Positions 21,333 through 30,923 of a DNA stretch of 64,000 bases are shown here, in pieces. The first letter of the stretch is position 1, and each line of letters starts with the position of its first letter. The notes under the pieces were generated by a model that saw only the letters and a list, made by a program, of their open reading frames with translations, ran no database searches and had not been told where the DNA came from. This DNA comes from Patescibacteria group bacterium (GTDB lineage Bacteria; Patescibacteriota; Minisyncoccia; Phycocordibacterales; Phycocordibacteraceae), in the NCBI GenBank assembly GCA_018970425.1, contig JAGWWK010000002.1:72068-136067 (forward strand), read 5' to 3'. The translations under genes and the position numbers were made by a program.

Positions 21333-22835
21333 TTACGAAGTTAGGGTCGCAAGGTGCGAAAAGATCCGGTACATGGCTAGGGTGTCGAGGGCGCAGTACT
21401 TTTTGAGATTTTGAGCTATTTGGGCCTTATCTTCAGCCGTTGTAGTGGGGGCAAGCATGCGCCACCACTCGTTCGACGCTTGGCCACCCTCGTGGATCTC
21501 GAGGGCGTCGTAGGATAGGTCGGGGGCGAGGACGGGCAGGACCTTCTTGATAGACGTGCGGCCTCTAAAGCCTGGGTGTATGTAGTGCTGCTCGACAAAC
21601 AGCTTTTCGAGGTCGACCATGGCATTGTTGATGGTCGCGATAAACGGCGCAAGGAGAGGATGACGCTTAGCTATGTTTTCATTAATAAACTTCTTTTCAA
21701 ATGTTTCGTGCCAGACGATGACCGAGCCTGACGTGTAGGCTGCTCGGAGCGTAGCGACGCACGCCTCTGTCGGGTCTGAGAAGTCCTGGTGCAGGAACTC
21801 GACATGCTCGAGCGTACCGCCGGGCTCCTGCAGTATGTGGAGCGAGAACTGGAACGGAATAAACTTGTACGGACTGTAGCCGGTGAACGCGGGGATCGCG
21901 GGTGCGTACGCCTCGTAGTCGAAGAAGTGTAGCGGGTACTTGAGCGTCGCGAGGAAGTCGGCTATCGCTCCCCTGTCGATACTCGGCTTCTGTAGCTGGT
22001 GCGCCTGTACCTGGTTTGTCTGCTTTTCAGAGAGGTCGAAGGCGGCAGGGTCTACGTCGTCGATCGACAGGATGTTACTGTCCACGAGGTTCGTCAGTTT
22101 AGTTTTATGAATGCGTGATATGTCGTGCACCGAGTAGTCGGGTACGTGGGCGTTCGAGTACTGGAACGTCGTGCAGTGGTTACGACGCGATGAGTACACG
22201 CAGTCACAGCCGCCGCGCGGCTCGTCCGCGCGGAGCAAGTAGTCGCGCGCGCCTTCCATCTTAGGTTCTATCTCTGTCACTCGCTCGTTCGCTGCGTCGG
22301 TGACGTCGTCTATCTGGAACAGTTCTTCGATATTCAGGTCGCCCATGCGGACGTACTCCTTATTAAGGTGGACGAGGTAGGCGCGCCCGAGTGGGACTCG
22401 GGCGCGCCGCATGACTGAAATTTGAAACGCAATGTCTGTTACGTGGTCACGCTCCTTCTGGTCGATCTTTAAACTGTTCGTACCCTTTACCTCGTACAAG
22501 TCCCACAGGTTCGTGTCGGGGTTCCACTTCAGTACATCGTTACGCACGATAAACCCGTCAGCGATACACGTCGCTTGAAAAATAACAGGCATACGTTCCG
22601 CCATAAGGCGTGTTGTGTCTTCCACCGCATGTTCGCCCTTTGTTGAAACCTCTATCCCGCCGGGAAACAGGTTGCGCGCGTACGACTCGACCTCGTTACC
22701 CTGCTCCATAAGGTGGAGCTCGAACTCGGACGGGGTGAAAGTGCCTTTCAAGTCTGGCCGGTGGAGCTTCAGCCACGCGTCCTTAGGACACTGCATGCAG
22801 TGCTGGAACGTGGTTTTAGAGATGAGGAGGTCCAT
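21333..22835 (-). CDS. DUF2779-type protein: PD-(D/E)xK nuclease plus DEDD/RNase H-like domain
   Basis: SKTTF...QCPK..WL, NDVL...LYEVKG, FFDYEA, IPFQFSLH, SIKKVLP, YCALDT. Confidence 0.85.
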   Translation of the reverse strand: MDLLISKTTFQHCMQCPKDAWLKLHRPDLKGTFTPSEFELHLMEQGNEVESYARNLFPGGIEVSTKGEHAVEDTTRLMAERMPVIFQATCIADGFIVRNDVLKWNPDTNLWDLYEVKGTNSLKIDQKERDHVTDIAFQISVMRRARVPLGRAYLVHLNKEYVRMGDLNIEELFQIDDVTDAANERVTEIEPKMEGARDYLLRADEPRGGCDCVYSSRRNHCTTFQYSNAHVPDYSVHDISRIHKTKLTNLVDSNILSIDDVDPAAFDLSEKQTNQVQAHQLQKPSIDRGAIADFLATLKYPLHFFDYEAYAPAIPAFTGYSPYKFIPFQFSLHILQEPGGTLEHVEFLHQDFSDPTEACVATLRAAYTSGSVIVWHETFEKKFINENIAKRHPLLAPFIATINNAMVDLEKLFVEQHYIHPGFRGRTSIKKVLPVLAPDLSYDALEIHEGGQASNEWWRMLAPTTTAEDKAQIAQNLKKYCALDTLAMYRIFSHLATLTS

Positions 22836-22941
22836 GACGAGGTAAGTATACCCTCCCCTATACAAAATGCCCGCTGGGTAGCGAACCAGAAACGAATGAA
22901 AGTCGAAAAAGACCCGCTACTCTACCCTGCTCACGCAAGCG

Positions 22942-23337
22942 CTACAGGTTGAGATATAGAATCGAGAGTTGGAGAACGGTAGCGAATGAGACCCAAAGAA
23001 GGTACGGTATGTTCACGTACGTCACCCACGGCGCATAGCGGAAAATAGCATAGAGTGCCCACACGAGTGTTGCGAGAACTAAGATAATGTCGAGAGACGC
23101 GAGCCACTGATTGCCGAGCGTAAACTGAAGCGGTGTAAACGCCACATTGAAAATAATGTTGAGCGCGAACGGTAGCAAGACGGTGGCCGGTAGTGTGCGC
23201 CGCACATACCGGTACGCAACGTAGCCGAATGAGATTGCAATAATAAGGTACAAGACCGACCACACTGGGCCAAAGATCCAATCAGGTGGCGCCCATGAGG
23301 GCTTGATCCACATTCCATACTGCATGTAGTTTTCCAT
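22942..23337 (-). CDS. tspO: TspO/MBR tryptophan-rich sensory protein
   Basis: KPSWAPPDWIFGPVWSVLY, PYLLWVSFA. Confidence 0.93.
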   Translation of the reverse strand: MENYMQYGMWIKPSWAPPDWIFGPVWSVLYLIIAISFGYVAYRYVRRTLPATVLLPFALNIIFNVAFTPLQFTLGNQWLASLDIILVLATLVWALYAIFRYAPWVTYVNIPYLLWVSFATVLQLSILYLNL

Positions 23338-23410
23338 ATATAGATATACTAACAAACCGTATAAGTGACCGCTCCGAGCACCCGTGGTATTGTTTCAAAG
23401 ACCGACACTA

Positions 23411-23499
23411 GGAGAGGTGGCTGAGCGGTCGAAAGCGGCACAGTGCTAATGTGTTGTCCGGGTAAAACTGGACCGTGGGTTCGAATCCCACCCTCTCCG
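23411..23499 (+). tRNA. tRNA-Ser(GCT)
   Basis: GGAGAGG/CCTCTCC+G73, anticodon arm GCACA-GTGCTAA-TGTGT, long variable arm, GTTCGAATC. Confidence 0.93.
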
Positions 23500-23500
23500 C

Positions 23501-23540
23501 TGCAGAAAATAAACCGGCTTGTGCCGGTCTTATTTTTTGC
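23501..23540 (+). terminator. terminator after tRNA-Ser
   Basis: ACCGGC-TTGT-GCCGGT hairpin followed by TATTTTTT. Confidence 0.75.
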
Positions 23541-23575
23541 TGACGAGTGGAGTGGGATTCGAACAACGAGCGCGG

Positions 23576-24250
23576 TTACTTCTGCAAAGCAAGGACGCGG
23601 ACCACCTCCTCAGCGAGTGGGGTTGCGGACGCGGGGTTCTGCCCAGTGATCAGACGACTATCTGACGCAACATGCGGCTGCCAAAGGTCCGCATGCTCAA
23701 ACAGTGCACCTCGCGCGCGCAGCTCGGACTCAAGGAGAAATGGCACCACTGTCTCAAGTTTCTTTGCCCGCTCTTCCGCGTCGGTGAACGATGTTACGCG
23801 TTTCCCCGCTACGAGGTAGGTACCATTAGAGAGCGCGACATGCACGAGTGCCGCAGGGCCGTGGCAGACCGCGCTCACTACCCCACCCTCCTCATATATA
23901 GTGCGTGCAATCTCCGCAAGGTGTGCGTTGTGCGGAAAGTCCCACATCGTTCCGTGGCCGCCCACGAAAAATACTGCTGCGTAACGTCGCGGGTCAACCT
24001 CTGCAAGGTTCAACGTAGCCGCCGCGCGTGTCGCATCACTGCTGTCTAGAAATTCGCGATTTATCGGATCCTCCGTATTCATGCCGTCTACAGGCGATGC
24101 TCCGCCAGCCGGGCTCGCAAAGTCAACTGCGTATCCTGCCTGTGTAAACACTCGCCACGGATGTGAGAGCTCGCTTAAAAAATATCCGGTCGCCTTTCCG
24201 GTGGTGCCGAGCTCGCCGTGGCTCGTCAGCACGAAGAGAATTTTTTTCAT
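23576..24250 (-). CDS. DJ-1/PfpI (Hsp31-like) protein
   Basis: TGYFLSEL..P, VGGHG.MWD, AVCHGP nucleophile, ITGQNP. Confidence 0.93.
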   Translation of the reverse strand: MKKILFVLTSHGELGTTGKATGYFLSELSHPWRVFTQAGYAVDFASPAGGASPVDGMNTEDPINREFLDSSDATRAAATLNLAEVDPRRYAAVFFVGGHGTMWDFPHNAHLAEIARTIYEEGGVVSAVCHGPAALVHVALSNGTYLVAGKRVTSFTDAEERAKKLETVVPFLLESELRARGALFEHADLWQPHVASDSRLITGQNPASATPLAEEVVRVLALQK

Positions 24251-24273
24251 ACGTGAAGCCTACCACGCCGTAC

Positions 24274-24933
24274 TTACGCGCCTGAAAGCTTGGCAGATGG
24301 GTCTAGACGCTCCCGTTCTATACCGATTGTTGCCGCAGTATTAATGAGGTGTGCCTCTGCGTCTTGAATCGCTTCGCGCGACGCATCGGGGGGCACTGTA
24401 CGCTCGAACTCTAGTGACTCGTGCGGTGGTGAGAGTTTCTCACCGTCTCGCTCTGTGTATGTGTCAACATGGACTGTCGTACCGTTTTCGTGCAGGTAGG
24501 TGCTGCGCGTCCGTGTCGTGGTTCGATCAACCGCGAGTGCCGCCTCGGCGCTCGCGAGTGCAAAAAGAAAGTCGCGTATAGCCTGCTCCGCATCGGAAAA
24601 CGAGTGCGCGACGCCCTCGTGTTCGAGGTGCGCCTTTGACACCGTGAGTCCGTCACGCGGTTGAAACTCTTTGACCGCCCACTCATAGACTACGCGCGAT
24701 CCCTGCCGTCGCTCACGCACACGTGCCATGCCGTCAAAGCCCGGCAGTACTACCGCGAATCGCGTGTCGAGCAGGATTTCCGTGCCCTGACTTTCCGCGA
24801 CCTGCTGTAATCGCTCCTCACAGGCGGTACGCTCCTCGGCACCATTGAGTCTTGCTCGCGTCTCCACTTCCCGAACGCTCACATACTCACGAGTATTTCT
24901 CTCTTGTCTAAGCATCGAGACCTCGAGATTCAT
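24274..24933 (-). CDS. hypothetical protein, possibly CYTH-like
   Basis: EVETRAR (ExExK-like), ARVR, R..Y...VHVD, LEFE; start set at ATG 24933, 7 nt behind TATAGT. Confidence 0.6.
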   Translation of the reverse strand: MNLEVSMLRQERNTREYVSVREVETRARLNGAEERTACEERLQQVAESQGTEILLDTRFAVVLPGFDGMARVRERRQGSRVVYEWAVKEFQPRDGLTVSKAHLEHEGVAHSFSDAEQAIRDFLFALASAEAALAVDRTTTRTRSTYLHENGTTVHVDTYTERDGEKLSPPHESLEFERTVPPDASREAIQDAEAHLINTAATIGIERERLDPSAKLSGA

Positions 24934-24960
24934 CCCGGCCACTATATACTGAGTCCGTAC

Positions 24961-27108
24961 ATGGAGCCACAGTCCCCGATTGACGACCTTGTCCGCTTGT
25001 CTACTGCGCATCGCGCCGCGCTTGAGCGCCTTGGCATTGCAAATATCCGCGACCTCCTCTACCACATACCCCACCGCTACGAGTCGGCCGCTGATATACG
25101 TGAGGTCGCGCAACTCCACACACCGGGCGAGGTGACGCTATACGGGCAGTTCACCGCGCTTGAAATGAAACGCTCGTTCAAAACCAGAGTACCCATGGCC
25201 GAGGGAACTTTTGACGACGGCACGGGTACGGTGCGCGTTGTATGGTTTCATCAGCCATACCTTGCAAAAATGGTTCCCACGAACGAACTTGTGCGATTGC
25301 GTGGCCCGCTCTCGATTTCCAAGGGACGGAAGTACATTGCAAACCCGGTAGTCGAGCGCGCGGCTGGACTTCCGGTACTACAAGACACGGAGGGTATGGT
25401 GGCAGATGGTGGTATGCAGCCGGTGTACCCCGAGACCGCAGGCATTACCTCACTCTGGTTCTACCACGCGGTAAAGCGCGCACTCGAGGCGCGCGTCCAC
25501 GAATCGCTTGTAGACCTAGTGCCACGAGAGATTCTTGAGAAGTACCACCTACCCACGCTACAGACCGCGCTAGTCTGGGCACACCAACCCAAACATCAGA
25601 AAGACGCGGACGCCGCAAAGAAGCGTTTTGCGTTCGAGGAAGTGTTTATGATCCAACTCGCGCGCGCTCTCGAGCGTGAAAAAAATAAAGAAAAGCGCGC
25701 GCTCCCCGTTGATGCCGACGAAGCGCGGGTGCACGCATTTATTGACACCTTTCCCTTCGCACCAACGGGTGGGCAACGACGCGCGATTGCCGACATTCTT
25801 GCAAACTTCCTTGAGCCGTACCCTATGGCGCGCCTCCTCGAGGGCGACGTCGGCAGTGGCAAGACCGCGGTCGCCGCGGCGACCGCGTACGCAGTCGTGA
25901 CATCGCGTCCGGTGCCAGGAAAAAACTTTGGTAACCTGCAGGTCGCGTACATGTGCCCGACTGAAATACTCGCCAAGCAGCACTTCTCAACCTTTACGTC
26001 GTTTTTTAAAAAGTACCCTATACAAATCGGACTCATCACCTCGTCAGGCTGTTACAAGTTTCCGTCGAAGGTGCACCCCGATAAGCCGACTGAAATATCT
26101 CGCACACAGCTTTTAAAGTGGGTGGCTAATGGAGAGGTACCAATCCTCATTGGTACGCATGCTCTTATTCAAAAAGCGGTGAAGTTTAAGCACCTCGCAT
26201 ACGTCATTATCGACGAGCAACACCGCTTTGGTACCGCGCAGCGACAGGCCCTCACACTCAAAGACGGCGTGGCACCGCACCTCCTCTCCATGACCGCGAC
26301 CCCCATTCCGCGCACACTCGCCTTGACGCTCTACGGCGACCTCGACCTCACCGTACTCGACGAGCTCCCTGCTGGGCGTAAGCCTATAGATACGAAGATA
26401 GTGACACCACACGAGAGATCCGGCGCGTATACAAAAGTACGCGAACTCTTGGCTCAAGGTCGACAGGCGTACGTCATTTGTCCGCGTATCGACGAGCCGG
26501 ATCCGACAAAACAGATGGCACTCCAGGCGCGCTCGGTCGCAGCAGAATTAAAAAATCTGCACAAGCTGTTCCCCGAATTCGTGATCGAAAAAATGCACAG
26601 CAAGATGAGTCCGAAGGATAAGGAGGACGTCATGGCCGCGTTTGAACAAGGAAAGATACACATACTCGTCTCGACGTCGGTGGTCGAGGTGGGCGTCAAC
26701 GTCCCGAACGCGACGATTATTTTAATCGAAGGCGCAGAGCGCTTCGGCTTGGCCCAGCTCCACCAGCTACGCGGACGCGTGATGCGCTCGACGCACCAGC
26801 CGTATTGCTTCCTCATGGTAGACAAAGCGAGCTCCTTAGGGAACGCGCGGCTCAAGGCGATACTGAAAGCAAAAAACGGATTCGAGCTCGCTGAGCATGA
26901 CCTCGCGATACGCGGCGCGGGAGAACTCTATGGGCGCAGGCAGTGGGGCATCTCTGACATCGGTATGGAAGCCTTAAAAAATATAAAGCTTGTCGAGGCT
27001 GCTCGGAGCGAAGCATTCGCCCTCGTGTCTACAGACGCTGACCTACGCACCCTGCCCGACCTAAAAAAACAAGCCCTTCATACACTGAAGGACCTGCATT
27101 TTGAGTAG
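24961..27108 (+). CDS. recG: ATP-dependent DNA helicase RecG
   Basis: GDVGSGKT, DEQHRFG, MTATPIPRT, QLHQLRGRV, DLAIRGAGE. Confidence 0.97.
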   Translation: MEPQSPIDDLVRLSTAHRAALERLGIANIRDLLYHIPHRYESAADIREVAQLHTPGEVTLYGQFTALEMKRSFKTRVPMAEGTFDDGTGTVRVVWFHQPYLAKMVPTNELVRLRGPLSISKGRKYIANPVVERAAGLPVLQDTEGMVADGGMQPVYPETAGITSLWFYHAVKRALEARVHESLVDLVPREILEKYHLPTLQTALVWAHQPKHQKDADAAKKRFAFEEVFMIQLARALEREKNKEKRALPVDADEARVHAFIDTFPFAPTGGQRRAIADILANFLEPYPMARLLEGDVGSGKTAVAAATAYAVVTSRPVPGKNFGNLQVAYMCPTEILAKQHFSTFTSFFKKYPIQIGLITSSGCYKFPSKVHPDKPTEISRTQLLKWVANGEVPILIGTHALIQKAVKFKHLAYVIIDEQHRFGTAQRQALTLKDGVAPHLLSMTATPIPRTLALTLYGDLDLTVLDELPAGRKPIDTKIVTPHERSGAYTKVRELLAQGRQAYVICPRIDEPDPTKQMALQARSVAAELKNLHKLFPEFVIEKMHSKMSPKDKEDVMAAFEQGKIHILVSTSVVEVGVNVPNATIILIEGAERFGLAQLHQLRGRVMRSTHQPYCFLMVDKASSLGNARLKAILKAKNGFELAEHDLAIRGAGELYGRRQWGISDIGMEALKNIKLVEAARSEAFALVSTDADLRTLPDLKKQALHTLKDLHFE

Positions 27109-27182
27109 TGGGCGTGCCTGGACTCGAACCAGGGACCGCGGAGGTATAAGCTCCGTGCTCTAACCAACTGAGCTACACGCCC
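27109..27182 (-). tRNA. tRNA-Ile(TAT)
   Basis: GGGCGTG/CACGCCC+A, D-arm TAGCTCAGTTGGTTAGAGC, anticodon arm CGGAG-CTTATAC-CTCCG, GTTCGAGTC. Confidence 0.92.
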
Positions 27183-27200
27183 GTTCCCCCCTCACTCCTT

Positions 27201-27240
27201 GACTGTAAGCTCTGCACTCACACAGCTGAGCTAAGGGCGG
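27201..27240 (-). pseudogene. degenerate tRNA 5'-half
   Basis: CCTTAGCTCAGCTGTGTGAGTGCAGAGCTTACA resembles the D-arm/anticodon side of the adjacent tRNA-Ile; no T-arm. Confidence 0.45.
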
Positions 27241-27249
27241 ATGCACTAA

Positions 27250-27456
27250 CTATACAGTGCGAGGGACTACTTGCGAAGGAGTGATACAGACGGCGTATGC
27301 CAAGCCTATGAGAGCAAGTATGTATGAGTACAGAAGCGTGTACTGCGCCTCAGAGCTGAGCTCTATCTGAAGCATATCCTGGAGACCCACATCAAGTGCT
27401 ATCGTACCCAACAAAAGAAAAAAGCTCAAAGTGCCTACTGCCTCACCGCGCTCCAT
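27250..27456 (-). CDS. small 2-TM hypothetical protein
   Basis: 68-aa ORF with two hydrophobic helices. Confidence 0.55.
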   Translation of the reverse strand: MERGEAVGTLSFFLLLGTIALDVGLQDMLQIELSSEAQYTLLYSYILALIGLAYAVCITPSQVVPRTV

Positions 27457-27461
27457 GATAC

Positions 27462-27656
27462 TTATGCAGTACGGAGCGTGTGCTCATTCTTTTGATGCGA
27501 GATGAGGGGAAAACTACCCACAACAAGGACTCCTAGGCATATATAACGAAGCAACTTTACCTCTTCTGCTGTCATACCTTCGGGCGAAGCGAGCACGGGG
27601 AGCATCGCGAGAACCCAAAGCAGACTCAGACACTTGACAATTTTTTGCATCGCCAT
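27462..27656 (-). CDS. small 2-TM hypothetical protein
   Basis: 64-aa ORF with two hydrophobic helices, downstream of ftsH. Confidence 0.55.
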   Translation of the reverse strand: MAMQKIVKCLSLLWVLAMLPVLASPEGMTAEEVKLLRYICLGVLVVGSFPLISHQKNEHTLRTA

Positions 27657-27677
27657 ACCCTACACCAGAATGAAAGG

Positions 27678-29618
27678 TCACGCAACCACCGCGTGCTCGA
27701 TATCTTTTTTTACCTTCGGCGTGATGCCGTTAGCGATCAGTAGCTTCTCGAAATCGTCGCGCTCAATAGTTTCCTTTTCAACAAGCGTTCGAGAAATAGC
27801 GTCGAGCACGGAACGATGCTCAGTGATGATATGTTTCGCCTTCGCGTAGGCCTCGTCGATGATACGCTTCACCTCCGCGTCGACCTTAGCTGACATCGCT
27901 TCTGAATAGTCACGCTCGCCTATACCGCGACCAAAGAGCGCACGCCCACCATCACCCTCAATAGCGATCGTACCTATTGCGTCGGACATACCGTAGCGCG
28001 TCACCATGTCGCGTGCGAGTGCGGTCAAGACCTGTAGGTCGTTCGACGGTCCTGTGGTCACATCGCCAAAAATCTCTTTTTCAGCTACGTACCCACCAAG
28101 GGACACGGCAATGTCGTCGAGGAACTCGTTCTTCGACTGCATCTTCGTATCTTCCAAAGGAAGTTTGAGTGTATAGCCAGCAGCGCGTCCGCGACTGATG
28201 ATCGAGATCTTGTGCACCGGGTCGGCAAACGGCAGTACGGACGACACAAGCGCGTGCCCTGCCTCGTGGTACGCCGTTATTTCTTTTTCTTTCTTGTTAA
28301 GTACGTGTGACTTCCTTTCAGGCCCGAGCATCACCTTTTCAATTGAGCGGATGAGGTCAAACTGCGCGACTTTTTTGCGATCCTCACGCGCAGCAAGGAT
28401 GGCGCCCTCGTTCATGAGAGAGTAGAGCTCCGCGCCTGAAAAACCGGGCGTGCGTTCCGCGATTACCTTAAGATTTACATCCTCAGCAAGAGGCTTCTTG
28501 CGAGCATGAATCTTGAGGATCTCTTCGCGACCATCACGGTCTGGAAGGTCGATGGTGACGCGGCGGTCAAAGCGTCCCGGGCGCAGGAGCGCCGGGTCAA
28601 GAACGTCAGGACGGTTAGTGGCCGCCATGACAATCACTTTTTCATTCGGCTCGAAGCCGTCCATCTCAACAAGAATTTGGTTTAGAGTTTGTTCGCGCTC
28701 GTCGTTGCCGCCACCGACACCGGTACCGCGTACGCGCCCAACAGCATCTATTTCATCGACAAAAATAATTGCAGGTGCTGCGCGCTTTGCCATCTGGAAC
28801 AAGTCGCGCACGCGAGACGCGCCAACGCCCACAAACATTTCAACAAATTCTGAGCCGGAGATTGAGAAAAACGGCACACCAGCCTCGCCCGCAACAGCGC
28901 GGCCGAGCAAGGTCTTTCCGGTGCCTGGCGCGCCCATGAGTAGTACTCCCTTCGGAATACGCGCACCAATGTCGAGGAACTTTTTAGGATTCTTTAAGAA
29001 GTCGACAATTTCCGTGAGCTCCTCCTTCGCCTCCTTCGCGCCCGCGACATCAGAAAAGGTGACGCGCTGGGCAGTATCTTTCGGGTCGATCATGCGCGCC
29101 TTTGACTGTCCGAAGGTAAACGCCTGCACGCCACCCTGGCGCATCTGCTTAGACAAGAACCAGATAAATACGCCAATCAAAATGAGTGGCAAGAGGATGG
29201 GTGCGAGTGAGAAGAACCAGTAGCGGAATCCTGACTGGTCCTTGACCTCTATCTGTACCGCCGCGAGCGCCTCTCCCGTGAGGCCGTAACTTGAGAGCGT
29301 CTCGGTGAGCGCGGCGTCGGGCTCCTTTTTCCCCTTCTTTTCAGTTTTGTCAGTGTAGGTGACGGTGAGTTCATTACCGGAAACAGCGATCGACTCTACC
29401 TGCCCCGCGCGTATGTCGGTTGCAAGCGCGGAGAGCGTCACGCTCGCGGGCGTAGTGTCGGTCCGAAACGCATACGAGTACGCGAGCGCAAGAAGAACAA
29501 TGAGCGCGAGTGTGGTGGTGAAAGACGACCACGGATCAGTACTTCGTGGCGTAAGCGGTGACCAGCGCGAGCCGCGCTTATCGGTTTTTTTAGGTTTTTG
29601 CGATCGAGGAGGTGGCAT
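27678..29618 (-). CDS. ftsH: ATP-dependent zinc metalloprotease FtsH
   Basis: two TMs, [29 protein letters not shown]. Confidence 0.98.
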   Translation of the reverse strand: MPPPRSQKPKKTDKRGSRWSPLTPRSTDPWSSFTTTLALIVLLALAYSYAFRTDTTPASVTLSALATDIRAGQVESIAVSGNELTVTYTDKTEKKGKKEPDAALTETLSSYGLTGEALAAVQIEVKDQSGFRYWFFSLAPILLPLILIGVFIWFLSKQMRQGGVQAFTFGQSKARMIDPKDTAQRVTFSDVAGAKEAKEELTEIVDFLKNPKKFLDIGARIPKGVLLMGAPGTGKTLLGRAVAGEAGVPFFSISGSEFVEMFVGVGASRVRDLFQMAKRAAPAIIFVDEIDAVGRVRGTGVGGGNDEREQTLNQILVEMDGFEPNEKVIVMAATNRPDVLDPALLRPGRFDRRVTIDLPDRDGREEILKIHARKKPLAEDVNLKVIAERTPGFSGAELYSLMNEGAILAAREDRKKVAQFDLIRSIEKVMLGPERKSHVLNKKEKEITAYHEAGHALVSSVLPFADPVHKISIISRGRAAGYTLKLPLEDTKMQSKNEFLDDIAVSLGGYVAEKEIFGDVTTGPSNDLQVLTALARDMVTRYGMSDAIGTIAIEGDGGRALFGRGIGERDYSEAMSAKVDAEVKRIIDEAYAKAKHIITEHRSVLDAISRTLVEKETIERDDFEKLLIANGITPKVKKDIEHAVVA

Positions 29619-29637
29619 ATAGCGTAGTATATACGGT

Positions 29638-30048
29638 ATGACTAGAAGGCGGAAGCAGGGCGCGTCGCACCAAGTCGAACAACTCGTTGCCTACGCACTC
29701 TGGGGACTAGTCGCGTTTGCGGTCGGCATGCTTTCTCTCTGGGTGACGTACGGCATCTTTCGGCTTCCGTACTCACTGTCGGTTGCTGTATCGGTCGCGG
29801 CCAACCTTATAACGCACTACACAACGAGTCGCTTGTTTGTCTTTACACGCTCAGGCCGCACGTATGAGGAGGGTTTTGCAATCTTTGCCCTCATCGGCGT
29901 GCTTGAAATTATTGGTATTACCGCTCTCGCGATAGCCCTCGTCGAATATGGCAGCGTCGATGAGTATGTGGCTCGCATCCTATCGGGCATTCTTGCGTCG
30001 ATCATCGGTTTCTGGGCAAACGGTCACTTTACTTTCCGCGCGCTATGA
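29638..30048 (+). CDS. GtrA-like membrane protein
   Basis: 4 TMs, R.FVF and N..FTF motifs. Confidence 0.8.
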   Translation: MTRRRKQGASHQVEQLVAYALWGLVAFAVGMLSLWVTYGIFRLPYSLSVAVSVAANLITHYTTSRLFVFTRSGRTYEEGFAIFALIGVLEIIGITALAIALVEYGSVDEYVARILSGILASIIGFWANGHFTFRAL

Positions 30049-30440
30049 CTTTTTATATTCGCCATTTTAGACGGTTGGTGCGGTACGGCATCGTCGGGAG
30101 TATTGCCTTTGCCATCGACATGGCACTCCTTGTAGCATTCGATTTCCTACTCGGACTCCCCTACCAAGCGGCCGTCCCCTCAGCTTTTCTCATAGCGACA
30201 TCTATTCACTATGTACTCGTGCACCGAGTTGCGTTCACAGACAGCGAACGACCAGCACATGAGGCATACCCATTCTTTCTCATCATTATGTGCGGAAGCG
30301 CAGCTGCAGTAACGGGGCTCGTATACGTGCTCGTTGAGTATGGCGGTCTGTCACTCTATGTCGCGCGAGTCGCGGTGTCTGGTATCGTGGGACTAGTTTC
30401 TTTTTACATGAATACGAAGTACAACTTTAGAATCGTATGA
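30045..30440 (+). CDS. GtrA-like membrane protein
   Basis: RYGIVG...AID, 4 TMs, N.KYNF; tandem paralog of the previous gene. Confidence 0.82.
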   Translation: MTFYIRHFRRLVRYGIVGSIAFAIDMALLVAFDFLLGLPYQAAVPSAFLIATSIHYVLVHRVAFTDSERPAHEAYPFFLIIMCGSAAAVTGLVYVLVEYGGLSLYVARVAVSGIVGLVSFYMNTKYNFRIV

Positions 30441-30883
30441 GCACAGATATCGTAAACAAAAAAGCGCGGCTCGAGTACGACATCCTGGATGAGTTTGAGG
30501 CAGGCATCGCGCTCGCCGGCTACGAGGCCAAGGCACTCCGCGCTGGCAAGGCCACGCTCGCGGGTGCGCGCGTCGTAGTGCGCGGCGGCGAGGCGTACCT
30601 CATAGGCGCCACTATCAGTCCGTACCAGGAGGGCAACGTACCCAAAAGCTACGACCCCGAGCGCGCGCGCAAGCTCCTCTTCTCCCGCTCAGAGCTTGCA
30701 GAGCTCGGAGGAGCAGAGACACAGCGAGGGTTGACAATAGTGCCTATAATGGTGTATAATAAAAAGCGCTTCATTAAGCTCCTGTGCGGCGTAGCGCGAA
30801 AGAAGAAAAAACATGACAAACGCGCTACACTCAAGGAGCGCGATGAGCGCAGGGACATCGAGCGTTCTTTGAAAAATCAATAA
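30437..30883 (+). CDS. smpB: SsrA-binding protein
   Basis: NKKA...EAGIAL.G.E.KALR, RKLL, KKKHDKR. Confidence 0.97.
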   Translation: MSTDIVNKKARLEYDILDEFEAGIALAGYEAKALRAGKATLAGARVVVRGGEAYLIGATISPYQEGNVPKSYDPERARKLLFSRSELAELGGAETQRGLTIVPIMVYNKKRFIKLLCGVARKKKKHDKRATLKERDERRDIERSLKNQ

Positions 30884-30923
30884 GGTCACTCGCGCGCAGC
30901 GCAGGCTCCTGCCCGCGCTGCGC

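Noticed and set aside
30892-30923. GC hairpin between smpB and tmRNA as a separate element
   Set aside because: Most simply a processing or spacer hairpin of the smpB-ssrA transcript.
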